A DNA stretch of 64,000 nt from Desulfocapsaceae bacterium (GCA_046704745.1 JBJKRL010000063.1:5387-69386); one strand, 5' to 3'; counted from the first letter of the stretch, positions 40,703-50,464 are shown. Translations and numbers: made by a program. The notes: generated by a model from the letters alone, not told the origin.

Positions 40703-41356
40703 TTAACCGGTAATAAATTTTGAAAGGGATCGTACTATAGGAAAGAAGATGTTGTTGATGTCCTCAATATGCCTGAATCTCAGAAACATGAAGAACAAAA
40801 CAAGAAGAAAAGGGAATATTTTCGCAACAATCTTCAACGAATGAGGTTTCTTTTTCGGCAAAAAGGGGTGAAAAAAACTTGCACCAGCCAGTGGTGGCAG
40901 GGGGATGAAATTAAAGACGAAGACCATCAGGTTTACCGATAAGATTATGGTAAAAACCTGGTCTTGAACTCCCATAATCCGCAAAATCCATATAATACTT
41001 CCGGCAATTCCAGCAAGCAGCAGATTTGCCAAAGGGCCGGCAAAACGTGAAACGATCAAATAAACGTTCGGGTTCTTGAATTTTTTCAGCTCTATTGGAA
41101 TAGGGCGGGGCCATCCGAAACCGGCGATGGCAAAACAGAGAGTTCCCGCAATATCAAGATGTAATAAGGGGTTGAAGTGAAATCTCTTTTTTGAGTTCTT
41201 TTGGATGTCGCCCAGAGTCGTTGCCATGATGGCCTGTCCTTCGGCATTTACTGTTATGGCCATTAGCATGGCAATCAAAAAGATAATGCATTTATCAAAT
41301 TCAAGGTTCCTGTAGTCCAGCAGAAAAGGAATGGGGATCAACTGTTCGGCTGCCAT
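40703..41356 (-). CDS. Site-2-protease (M50B)-like membrane protein lacking the zinc ligands
   Basis: FNPLLHLDIAGT, GFGWPRPIPI, AGPLANL and FNFIPLPPLAGAS align with small M50 proteins. However, HExxH is replaced by NAEGQ and the LDG Asp by Ala. The ATG at 41356 follows GAGGAAGGA. Confidence 0.6.
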   Translation of the reverse strand: MAAEQLIPIPFLLDYRNLEFDKCIIFLIAMLMAITVNAEGQAIMATTLGDIQKNSKKRFHFNPLLHLDIAGTLCFAIAGFGWPRPIPIELKKFKNPNVYLIVSRFAGPLANLLLAGIAGSIIWILRIMGVQDQVFTIILSVNLMVFVFNFIPLPPLAGASFFHPFLPKKKPHSLKIVAKIFPFLLVLFFMFLRFRHIEDINNIFFPIVRSLSKFITG

Positions 41357-41650
41357 AACGTCATCCTTCCTCGCCAACCCAGATTCCTGTCCACAGCTGT
41401 TGGCACAAGCTGCGGACAGGAAAACCGATTTCTTGGCACCTAGAATCGGCTGGATTTCTAATTAATTATTAAAGTGAATTTATCCTCTCTTTACTGCTTT
41501 CCCTTCAAAGAGGATTTTGTTGACGAGCACCCTCTTCAGTATTGAAGACCGCTGCAATATGATACGCGATCCTAACTCTTTTTATTGACTCATGTCGTAT
41601 GCGGCGTGTCATAACCATGTCGGTCAATAATGTGTGTTTATAAAGGATCA

Positions 41651-42976
41651 TTACCTTGCAGCTGATGCTGTCGCACCCCGCACAGCCCGTTCTGAGTACT
41701 TGGGTCTATTGGTAAGTTTTGCCAGAATAACCCCGGCGATAAGCAGTGCTCCGGAGATATAGAACGCATAGTCCAAGCTTCCTGTGATATCCTTAATCGT
41801 TCCACCGAGTCTTGCCATAAAAAAGCCCAGTCCCCAACCGAGAAATACCAACCCATAGTTAAACCCCAGGTTTTTAGGGCCATAGAAATCGGCGGTGAAA
41901 GAAGGCATCAACGAGAGTCCTCCGCCATACTGCCAATACGCAATACCAACAGCAAGGAACAAGAGGAAAACGTTCTGCGATGCAATGATGTGCGGCAGGG
42001 CGAAGAGACAAAGGGCTGAGATACCGCAGTTTAGCATGTATGCGTTTTGTCTACCGATTTTGTCAGAATAAAACCCAGTGCCCACGCGTCCCATGGCGTT
42101 GATTAGTCCGCCAAAGGATACAAGAATCCATGCATTGGCTATAAAAAACGGCAGGCTTTTGGCCGTCTTGCCCAAGATGGCCGCGGCACTGCTGATGATC
42201 AGAAGACCGGATTGGGTGGTCAATATAAACATGAAAACCAAAGCATAGAATTGCCAGGTGGACAGAACTTCCGACAGTTCCCAGTTTGTTGCCGTCGATC
42301 CTTTGCTTGATGCCCCCGTCGATGTGGTCGGTGCGACATATCCTTCAGGAGGAGTCTTCAACATTTGACCGGCAATAATAACGACGATTGCGAAGAAGAC
42401 GCCCAAGGCAACAAAACTGCCTGTAACGCCATAGGCCTGGATCAAGTAGGAACCTAGTGCTCCAATGTACAGAGCGGCACCTCCATATCCGCCGACGACC
42501 AGCCCGGCTACAAGGCCTCGTTTTTCAGGTCCGAACCATTTCAGTGCAGCCGGTGTAGGTGCGGCATAGCCGATTCCCATTCCTGCGCCGCCTAAGACTC
42601 CGAATCCGATTACGAGTCCGGTATAGCTCTTCATCATACCTGCGATAATGCAACCCAATGCAAGGAGAAGACCGCCTACGGTAGCTCCGAATTTCGGACT
42701 GATTTTATCCTGGATTTTTCCTCCGGGAATCATCAGGAGGGCAAAAATCACAACACAGAGAGAGAAAGGGGTTGCCGCCTGGGCGTTGGTAAGATAGGTC
42801 CAGCCCGCGTTTATACCTGTCATGGGCTGGCCGGCCTTGTCGACATTGACCAAGGCTTTGCTCCAGATACTCCAGGCATAAAGAATACCCAGGCAAAGAT
42901 TTATTGCAGTGCCGGCAAAGGTAGTAACCCATGCTTGCGCCGGAACTTTTTGGGTTGGTTGTGCACTCATACTCAT
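41651..42976 (-). CDS. MFS transporter, oxalate/formate antiporter (OFA)-like
   Basis: 441 aa, about 12 TM segments, with a glycine-rich MFS pattern (GKIQDKISPKFG loop between TM2 and TM3). Confidence 0.7.
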   Translation of the reverse strand: MSMSAQPTQKVPAQAWVTTFAGTAINLCLGILYAWSIWSKALVNVDKAGQPMTGINAGWTYLTNAQAATPFSLCVVIFALLMIPGGKIQDKISPKFGATVGGLLLALGCIIAGMMKSYTGLVIGFGVLGGAGMGIGYAAPTPAALKWFGPEKRGLVAGLVVGGYGGAALYIGALGSYLIQAYGVTGSFVALGVFFAIVVIIAGQMLKTPPEGYVAPTTSTGASSKGSTATNWELSEVLSTWQFYALVFMFILTTQSGLLIISSAAAILGKTAKSLPFFIANAWILVSFGGLINAMGRVGTGFYSDKIGRQNAYMLNCGISALCLFALPHIIASQNVFLLFLAVGIAYWQYGGGLSLMPSFTADFYGPKNLGFNYGLVFLGWGLGFFMARLGGTIKDITGSLDYAFYISGALLIAGVILAKLTNRPKYSERAVRGATASAAR

Positions 42977-43698
42977 CTCCTTAATAATGACTCTGGTTTT
43001 TGGATAGTTCTAAAAAACTAGCAAAACAAACGTCCAAAAGGATAATGAAAATGCAAATTTGACTCAGTAACGCTTTATAATAGGTAGGAAAATTGTTTTC
43101 CTTAAAGGGAATTACCAAGTCTATTTCTTCTCAAGTGGGCATCACCTCCTCGTATTGGCTGCCTTTGTCTGTACTTTGGCGAAAGATTTTTGGAGTTTCA
43201 GCTCGTTATTGGCTGCGCATACACTCCGCATCTGTGGGTAGTTACCATAAGCTCGACGTTGGTTTCGTCAGTGGTAAAAAATTTTACACAGATTAACCTT
43301 AACCGAAGTTCCTAATAGTTCAAGGCAACCCTAAAATATTAAAAACATAAGGATATTCCTCCAAACAATGATAGGAGGGCAAACTCCCAGTTTCATCTTA
43401 TGTAGCATAAAAAATCAAACAAGGCAATTATTTTGATGGAACGGTTTAATGATTTTGATAAATCTCCAACAGAGGAGCATTTAAAGATTTTTTGTTATAT
43501 ACCAAAGCGATGAAGCGTGTATATGAGGGGGCGAGAATGACTTGTGGTGAATTCGATCGATTTGATACGATAGAGTCTTATTACTTCCTGTTGACAAGAT
43601 GAAGGCAAAAGGCCATTTTGCAAGAGGCTCATATGTTATGGAGTTCCTCGGCAGAGCAGGAAAGGACTTTTACAAGTTGGAATGATTAAGAGAAAAAA

Positions 43699-44409
43699 AT
43701 GACAAGAAAAAATATTCCGCTACGGGAACGAATCATCGTCGCCCTTGATGTCGACGATACACAAAAGGCAAAAGATATAGTCAAACGGTGCGAATCCCAT
43801 GTGAAGTTCTATAAGGTTGGACTTCAACTTTTTATGGCATCCTGGTTTGAAAGTGTCGACTGGATTCTTGATAGAGGTCATAAGGTCATGCTCGATTTGA
43901 AATTTTTTGATATCCCTGAGACCGTAAGACTGGCTGTCTCCCAGGTAAGGAACCGGGGTGTCAGTCTGGCGACAATCCACGGCAATGATGCCATCATCCG
44001 GGCAGCTGTTGAAGAGCGGGGGGATATGAAGCTTCTGGCAGTTACCGTGTTGACCAGTTTCGGCGAGGAAGACATGCGGGCTATGGGCATGACGCAATCA
44101 GTGGCGGACCTGGTGTTTTTCAGGGCGCGGAGGGCCTTGGATCTAGGGTGTGACGGTGTTGTCTCTTCCGGTATGGAGGCGGATCGTCTACGCAAAGAAT
44201 TGGGCGAGAAGTTGCTGATCGTGACACCGGGGATTCGCCCAGGAGCCAATATCCTGGATCCGAATGACGACCAGAAGCGCATCGTAACCGCCGGTATGGC
44301 AGTTGCAAATGGTGCCGATCATGTGGTGGTTGGCCGTCCTATTACCAAGGCGCAGGATCCAATCAAAGTGATCGAGACGATGCAACGAGATATTGAAGCC
44401 TCTGTCTGA
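43699..44409 (+). CDS. pyrF: Orotidine 5'-phosphate decarboxylase PyrF
   Basis: IIVALDV, FYKVG, MLDLKFFDIPETV and VVVGRPI are the classic PyrF motifs. Confidence 0.9.
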   Translation: MTRKNIPLRERIIVALDVDDTQKAKDIVKRCESHVKFYKVGLQLFMASWFESVDWILDRGHKVMLDLKFFDIPETVRLAVSQVRNRGVSLATIHGNDAIIRAAVEERGDMKLLAVTVLTSFGEEDMRAMGMTQSVADLVFFRARRALDLGCDGVVSSGMEADRLRKELGEKLLIVTPGIRPGANILDPNDDQKRIVTAGMAVANGADHVVVGRPITKAQDPIKVIETMQRDIEASV

Positions 44410-44426
44410 AAGGAGAAAGGGAAGCG

Positions 44427-44591
44427 ATGAAAAAACTCTCTCTTCTTATCTTTATATCCGTCGGTGGTTATGCCGGTTGGCGTCTTGGTGCATCCTTCGG
44501 TAGTATGACCGCCTATTTCATAAGCCTTATGGGGAGCCTGGCTGGAGTCGTCGTCGGCTGTATCTTTAACCGGAAGTATCTTGATCTTTAA
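44427..44591 (+). CDS. Small (54 aa) two-helix membrane protein, hypothetical
   Basis: The ATG is preceded by AAAGGAGAAAGGGAAG. My translation is MKKLSLLIFISVGGYAGWRLGASFGSMTAYFISLMGSLAGVVVGCIFNRKYLDL. It is below the ORF-track size cutoff and overlaps the convergent surE end by 26 nt. Confidence 0.4.
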   Translation: MKKLSLLIFISVGGYAGWRLGASFGSMTAYFISLMGSLAGVVVGCIFNRKYLDL

Positions 44592-45339
44592 GATCCTCTT
44601 GTTCCAACTGCCAGACATCTCTGAGATAAAAGATCCCTTCATGGTTTGTCAGATCCAGATGGATGGGTGTGACCGAAATAAGACCCATCTGAATCGCATG
44701 GACATCAGTGTCCGGAGCAGAATCTTTTACCGGAGTGCCACCGCCGATCCAGTAATGCAATCGGCCGTATGGGTCGAACGTTTCGTGTATGGAGTCCTCC
44801 CATAACCTTCTCCCCTGGCGGGTAACCTTGGTGCCTGTGGTGACCTTCTTCGGGATGTTTACATTCATCAAGGTGTTTTCCGGAAGCCCACGTGCAAGTA
44901 TCATGGCTGCCAGCTTTGCCGCAATTTTTGCCGCATGGGTAAAGTCATAGGGGGGCTCGCAGGCTAGGGAAACGGCCAGAGACGGTATGGAATACATTGT
45001 CCCTTCAACTGCCGCCGACACGGTTCCGGAATAGCTGATATCATCACCCAGATTCGGGCCGGAATTAATACCTGATATCAGGATATCCGGTTTTTTCTTT
45101 AAGATCTTGCCCACAGCGATGGCCACGCAATCAGTCGGTGTTCCGTCCAGAGTATAAACGGCATTTGAGATTTTTCTAACCCGTAAGGGACGGTTCATGG
45201 TTAGGGAGTGGGAGACGGCGGAGTTGTCACGGTCTGGGGCAACCACCACCACTTGCCCCAGAGAACGTACGGCCTTGCGCAGGGCGGAAAGTCCGGGACT
45301 GGTAATTCCATCATCGTTGGTTAAGAGTATCAGCGGCAT
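44566..45339 (-). CDS. surE: 5'/3'-nucleotidase SurE
   Basis: ILLTNDDGITSPGL at the N-terminus, plus SGINSGPNLGDDISYSGTV. Confidence 0.9.
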   Translation of the reverse strand: MPLILLTNDDGITSPGLSALRKAVRSLGQVVVVAPDRDNSAVSHSLTMNRPLRVRKISNAVYTLDGTPTDCVAIAVGKILKKKPDILISGINSGPNLGDDISYSGTVSAAVEGTMYSIPSLAVSLACEPPYDFTHAAKIAAKLAAMILARGLPENTLMNVNIPKKVTTGTKVTRQGRRLWEDSIHETFDPYGRLHYWIGGGTPVKDSAPDTDVHAIQMGLISVTPIHLDLTNHEGIFYLRDVWQLEQEDLKDQDTSG

Positions 45340-45352
45340 TTTTTTCTGAAAG

Positions 45353-46246
45353 TTAAGTGAATGGAGTTAAATTTTCTTCGGCATTTTTCCAGAATGCCTG
45401 GACAACCGGATTGATTCTGTTCTTATTTACGGTGCAGATGCCGACGGAAAACGGTTTGAGTTGCGGGACCTTTTCCAGTACGACAACCTGATCCTTAAGT
45501 GGGCTTTTTTCCATGACCAGAGCCGGGACAATTCCGACGCCGCAGCCGAGGCTGACCATGGTAATAATGGCCTCATTGCCTGCGACCTGAGCATAGATAT
45601 GGGGTCGGATTTTTTTTTCGGCAAACCACCTCAATACCCTTGTTCTGCTCAGACCTTTTTCGGCGATTATCAAAGGTGTTTGAGACCAGTCTATCCTTCC
45701 GTCCTCGTTGCAACGAAGAGTCTCGTGAAATTTTGCCGGAGCAATGAAGATCAGAGGGGTCTCAATGATCTTCATGAAATCCAGATGGGGTTGTTGCTTG
45801 TCTGGAATGGCGGCAATGGTCACGTCCACCTCACCATTTTGCAGTTTGGCAAGGGCCATTGCCGCATCCCCGGTTTGGAGATTGATGTGGACCTCGGGAT
45901 TTGTTTCCCTGAATTTTCCTAGGATATTTGGAAGTATGCTCAGAATAGCCGTGACCGAGCAGTAGATGGAGAGTTCTCCTCTTAAAATGGAATCGTCAGC
46001 AAGATTGCCCTGCAATTCATTCCAGCGGAGAATCATTTCTTCTGCATAGGTTTTAAAAATTTTTCCGGCTGAGGTCAGGGAGACATAGCGATTGTCACGA
46101 ACAAAGAGTTGTTTATCCAGTTCGTTCTCCAGTCGCTGGATGGTTCTGGTTAACCCTGACGGTGTGATGTTACACGCCTGGCTGGTCCGACCGAAATGCA
46201 AGGTGTCGGCCAGATGGAGGAAGAGTCTCAATTCCCTGATATCCAT
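45353..46246 (-). CDS. ilvY: LysR-family regulator, IlvY-like (divergent from ilvC)
   Basis: MDIRELRLFLHLADTLHFGRTSQACNITPSGLTRTIQRLE is a LysR HTH that closely resembles IlvY. It has the divergent ilvC arrangement seen in enterobacteria. Confidence 0.75.
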   Translation of the reverse strand: MDIRELRLFLHLADTLHFGRTSQACNITPSGLTRTIQRLENELDKQLFVRDNRYVSLTSAGKIFKTYAEEMILRWNELQGNLADDSILRGELSIYCSVTAILSILPNILGKFRETNPEVHINLQTGDAAMALAKLQNGEVDVTIAAIPDKQQPHLDFMKIIETPLIFIAPAKFHETLRCNEDGRIDWSQTPLIIAEKGLSRTRVLRWFAEKKIRPHIYAQVAGNEAIITMVSLGCGVGIVPALVMEKSPLKDQVVVLEKVPQLKPFSVGICTVNKNRINPVVQAFWKNAEENLTPFT

Positions 46247-46343
46247 ATGTTTTCACAGTTGTGTCGTCTGCTTGGCTGAATCCTGATGGTAGGGTGATAA
46301 TTCGTATTGCAATTTACGCAACATTATATAACGGATAAATCAC

Positions 46344-46372
46344 TTGACGCAACAGGTAATAGTCAATATATC
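46344..46372 (+). promoter_or_regulatory. Sigma-70-type promoter candidate for ilvC, overlapping a repeated ACGCAAC motif
   Basis: TTGACG (46344-46349), a 17-nt spacer, then TATATC (46367-46372). ACGCAAC occurs at 46316-46322 and 46347-46353. Confidence 0.45.
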
Positions 46373-46505
46373 AGGAGCAACATAAATAAACGAAGAGCAC
46401 CTTATTTCGAGTAACTGGATAGGTCTTTTCCCGAAAAATGTTCGATAAAAATAGGCGTAACATTTTTCCAAGAAACGAAAAGCTCACCTCAAATGGGAGA
46501 GAACA

Positions 46506-47978
46506 ATGGGCCAGAATTATTTTAACAGTTTACCGCTGCGTTTGCAGCTTGAAGAGTTGTCGCAATGCCGTTTCATGGATCCTCAGGAGTTCAACGGAGT
46601 GGAAGCCCTGAAGGGAAAGAAAATCGTCATCGTCGGTTGCGGAGCCCAGGGATTACATCAGGGGCTGAATCTGCGTGACAGCGGCCTGGATGTTTCCTAT
46701 GCACTCAGGAAAGAGGCGATAGAGCAGAAACGCCAATCCTGGAAAAATGCCACGGAAAACGGTTTTACCGTTGCCACCTATGAAGATTTGGTCCCAAATG
46801 CCGATCTGGTCATCAATCTTACGCCGGACAAGCAGCATGAACCCGTCGTGTCGGCCATCATGCCGCTTATGAAACAGGGAGCCTGTCTCTCTTATTCACA
46901 TGGTTTCAATATCGTAGAAGTGGGAATGCAGATCAGGAAAGATCTCACTGTTATCATGGTAGCGCCGAAAGGCCCGGGAACCGAGGTTCGGGAGGAGTTC
47001 AAACGAGGGTTCGGAGTTCCGACCCTGCTGGCCGTCCACAGGGAAAACGATCCCAAAGGCGAGGGTTGGGAGATCGCCAAGGCCTATTGTTGTGGCACCG
47101 GGGGCGACAAGGCTGGTGCATTGCAATCATCTTTTATTGCCGAGGTCAAATCCGACCTCATGGGTGAACAGACCATCTTGTGCGGGATGCTGCAGGTCGG
47201 CTCCCTTCTCTGTTACGATAAGATGGTAGAGAAAGGAATCGATTCAGGGTATGCTTCCAAGCTGGTTCAATATGGATGGGAGACCATTACCGAGGCGATG
47301 AAACACGGCGGTATAACCAACTTGATGGATCGTCTCTCCAATCCCGCCAAGATCAAGGCGCAAAATTTGAGCGAGCAGCTCAAGGACATCCTCGCACCTT
47401 TATTTGAAAAACACATGGATGATATTATGTCCGGAGCGTTTTCCAAAACCATGATGGAGGATTGGGCCAACGACGATAGCAAGCTGCTGAGCTGGCGCAA
47501 GGCCAGCGGTGAGACCGACTTTGAACGTTCCCAATCGACATCCGAGAATATTTCCGAACAGGAATATTTCGATCATGGCATCCTGATGGTGGCCTGGGTC
47601 AAGGCTGGTGTTGAACTCGCCTATGATACAATGGTGTCGGCAGGCATCAAGGAGGAGTCAGCCTACTACGAGTCCCTGCATGAGGTGCCGCTGATCGCCA
47701 ATCTCATTGCCAGAAGGAAACTCTATGAGATGAACGTCGTTATTTCTGATACCGCTGAATACGGGAATTACCTCTTTGCCGATGCAGCGATCCCGTTGCT
47801 GGCCGATTTTATGAAGACCGTCGACACCGACGTTATCGGCAAAGGGCTTGTTGTGAAGGATAATGACGTGGACAACTTGGAGCTCATTCAGGTCAATGAA
47901 GCGATTCGCTATACCAGTGTTGAGGCAGTCGGGGAGGAGCTTCGCTCCTATATGAGTGCCATGAAACCCATCCTATAA
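46506..47978 (+). CDS. ilvC: Ketol-acid reductoisomerase, long (class II) form
   Basis: 490 aa. [21 protein letters not shown] and [36 protein letters not shown] are nearly colinear with enterobacterial IlvC. Confidence 0.95.
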   Translation: MGQNYFNSLPLRLQLEELSQCRFMDPQEFNGVEALKGKKIVIVGCGAQGLHQGLNLRDSGLDVSYALRKEAIEQKRQSWKNATENGFTVATYEDLVPNADLVINLTPDKQHEPVVSAIMPLMKQGACLSYSHGFNIVEVGMQIRKDLTVIMVAPKGPGTEVREEFKRGFGVPTLLAVHRENDPKGEGWEIAKAYCCGTGGDKAGALQSSFIAEVKSDLMGEQTILCGMLQVGSLLCYDKMVEKGIDSGYASKLVQYGWETITEAMKHGGITNLMDRLSNPAKIKAQNLSEQLKDILAPLFEKHMDDIMSGAFSKTMMEDWANDDSKLLSWRKASGETDFERSQSTSENISEQEYFDHGILMVAWVKAGVELAYDTMVSAGIKEESAYYESLHEVPLIANLIARRKLYEMNVVISDTAEYGNYLFADAAIPLLADFMKTVDTDVIGKGLVVKDNDVDNLELIQVNEAIRYTSVEAVGEELRSYMSAMKPIL

Positions 47979-48400
47979 TCAAGACCCATCATCTTTAAAA
48001 GCCCCCCGCTTGGCCACGGCCGAGCGGGAGACCTCCCTCCTATTTTTCCACCTGGTTCAACCTGGGTAGAATGATCCCCGGGTGGATATTTTTTTCACAC
48101 CATATTCTTTTTTTAGTCAGTCGGACTTTGAAGATTGATTTGTAACCAATTGATATATATACATATAAACGTATTTGTTGTTCCTGGTATGTAAATTGCT
48201 AGATGACAAGTGAAAAGTTTTCAGCGGAAAATATATCGGAACTTTCAAGTACGAAATCTTATGATGACCAGAAAATAGAAATAACCCCGCAACAATCTCA
48301 ATAGACAGCAGAGGCAACCGGTAAACAACGTCGATCCATCGGTCAGGGCATTTTTCAAATCGACCAAGAATAAAAAAGCTTAGAGGAGTACAGTTAAAAT

Positions 48401-49339
48401 ATGACAACCATGAATTTTCCACTTGTGATGATTCCGGAAGATACTTTACCTTCTCCGACACATAATTCTTTTGAACGCTATCTAAGAGAAATAAGCCGCT
48501 ATGAAATTCTTTCCAGAGATGAGATGGAGGATCTGGCTGTTCAGGTGTATGAGAACAACAACCGTGAGGCTGCCTATCGACTTGTCTCCTCCAATCTCCG
48601 TTTGGTGGTCAAAGTAGCCATGGATTTTCAAAAATTTTGGATGCAGAATTTCATGGACCTGGTTCAGGAAGGAAATATCGGACTTATCAAGGCCACAAAA
48701 AAATTCGATCCTTACAAAGGAGTCAAGTTTTCCTACTATGCCACCTATTGGATAAGGGCCTATATTCTTAAATTTCTCATGAATAATTGGCGTCTGGTGA
48801 AGCTGGGTACGACTCAGGCTCAGCGGAAGCTGTTCTTTAGCCTGAACAAAGAAAAAAAGCTTCTTGAATCGCAGGGTTTTGAACCGGAACCGGATCTGTT
48901 GGCCAAGCGTCTTCGGGTTAAAAAATCCGAGGTCATAGAGATGAGCAACCGGATGGCCAATAATGAGGTTTCTCTGGAGAGTCCGGTGGGGCAGGATTCA
49001 GACGATGAACAAATACAGTTCTTACCCAGCACCGGACCAAGTATTGAAGATACGCTTTGTCTTAAGGATATGAAGAAGAAATTGCGTGATTTCCTTCAGA
49101 CCTTGCAGGGACGTCATAACGAAAAGGAAAAAATGATCCTTGAGAAACGTTTGTTAACGGACGATCCTCTGACTCTCCAGAACATCTCGGAGGTTTTTGG
49201 AGTCTCACGGGAACGGATTAGGCAGATAGAGGCAAGTCTTTTGAAAAAAATTCGTCACCATATTGAAAATGACTCACCGGATTTATTAGCTTTTATTCAT
49301 AGGGACATCAAATCTTCTCATTCGCTGGTTGGGGCATAA
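48401..49339 (+). CDS. rpoH: RNA polymerase sigma-32 (heat-shock sigma factor RpoH)
   Basis: Sigma-70 regions 2 to 4 are present. The RpoH box is clearly present as QRKLFFSLNK. Confidence 0.8.
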   Translation: MTTMNFPLVMIPEDTLPSPTHNSFERYLREISRYEILSRDEMEDLAVQVYENNNREAAYRLVSSNLRLVVKVAMDFQKFWMQNFMDLVQEGNIGLIKATKKFDPYKGVKFSYYATYWIRAYILKFLMNNWRLVKLGTTQAQRKLFFSLNKEKKLLESQGFEPEPDLLAKRLRVKKSEVIEMSNRMANNEVSLESPVGQDSDDEQIQFLPSTGPSIEDTLCLKDMKKKLRDFLQTLQGRHNEKEKMILEKRLLTDDPLTLQNISEVFGVSRERIRQIEASLLKKIRHHIENDSPDLLAFIHRDIKSSHSLVGA

Positions 49340-49524
49340 CCCCAGGTGTCGCACGAGGCATCAGGGCCGCGCTTCGACCGGAGAAACCTCGGACAGCCCT
49401 CTGTTGTCCGATTCTTAACCTCCTTTCCTTCTTCCTCAACTCCGGGATCAATCCAGAAAGATTGATCCCGGTCCCGCAACCAGAATTCTTATGTGTCGTA
49501 GGGCCTACCTTTAGCAAACACTGT

Positions 49525-49551
49525 GGAAAGGTTACCCCTCAGCTCCCAGCC
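49525..49551 (+). repeat. 27-nt motif, copy 1 (GGAAAGGTTACCCCTCAGCTCCCAGCC)
   Basis: About 23 of 27 positions are identical to copy 3. It matches the reverse complement of copy 2. Confidence 0.7.
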
Positions 49552-50247
49552 TGCATTTCTCTTGAACAATGTGTCAGTTTGGAGAAATCTTTAAAGCCCC
49601 AACAGGCTGAAAAAGCGCATCTATTTACCAGATTTGCAAAGTGTCTACCAAAGGCCAGTCCATGCGGCGCCATCTTTTTCAGTCTTTTGGCAATGAACAT
49701 AGATTACTATAGTTCATTACCAAAAACTTCGAACTTGACACCGCCTGGACTGATGAGAAATTCGAGCTAAGAGATTTTTGAAGAATTTCGTCATAAAAAC
49801 AGGAGAACACGTTGTAACGGGATTCCGCGCATCATCCTCTTTTTCTCCAATCGTTGGCCAAAAGTGAATAAGTGAAAACCAATCGTTCTTTTAGCAGAAC
49901 GATTGGAGTATGGTTAATGTTAGGATTGGCGCGGATCTTTGAAATTGGATTTTGGTCAGACATTAAAATTTGGTTGATACCAATGCGTAGCAATTCCGAA
50001 TGGGAACGTTTTAACGTTTTAAAAATACGCGTTAAAATATCTTCAGCACGTAATGGTCAAGGTAGAATTCGGCTCCTGGAATTTTGATAAAGAGGAGAAT
50101 TGGTATTAAAAAAAACCAATCAGTTTAACAGATGAACGCTTGCAATAAAACTTTACTGAAGTTACATTGCTGTGCCGATAGATTGGAAAGACCGTGGAGA
50201 GCGTATTGTTACTGCCGATAGCCAACGGTACGTTTTTTTCGAAAATC

Positions 50248-50273
50248 GGTCAGAGCTGAGGGGCAACCTTTTT
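50248..50273 (-). repeat. 27-nt motif, copy 2 (inverted; reverse complement AAAAAGGTTGCCCCTCAGCTCTGACC)
   Basis: It is inverted relative to copies 1 and 3. With copy 3 it can form a stem of about 19 bp around a 58-nt loop. Confidence 0.7.
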
Positions 50274-50331
50274 ACGGGACGCCATAAACTAAACCTGGGA
50301 GGCTTACCATCCGGGCTGCGGGGACACCCGC

Positions 50332-50358
50332 GAAAAGGTTACCCATCAGCTTCTAGCC
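50332..50358 (+). repeat. 27-nt motif, copy 3 (GAAAAGGTTACCCATCAGCTTCTAGCC)
   Basis: Same orientation as copy 1. It lies about 105 nt upstream of the CBS gene. Confidence 0.7.
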
Positions 50359-50464
50359 ATCGAGATCAATTCAACTTTCATCATTAGTTGTGCTCGCGCC
50401 GCGAGAATGGACGTTCATGGGATAATCTCGTTTATGTAGGTAAAATTAACAATTAGGTGTCGCT

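Noticed and set aside
49525-50358. Integron attC site or dif/Xer site as an explanation for the inverted 27-nt motifs.
   Set aside because: - The motif lacks the RYYYAAC / GTTRRRY core pair of attC sites and does not resemble the dif consensus.
- No integrase or recombinase gene is nearby.
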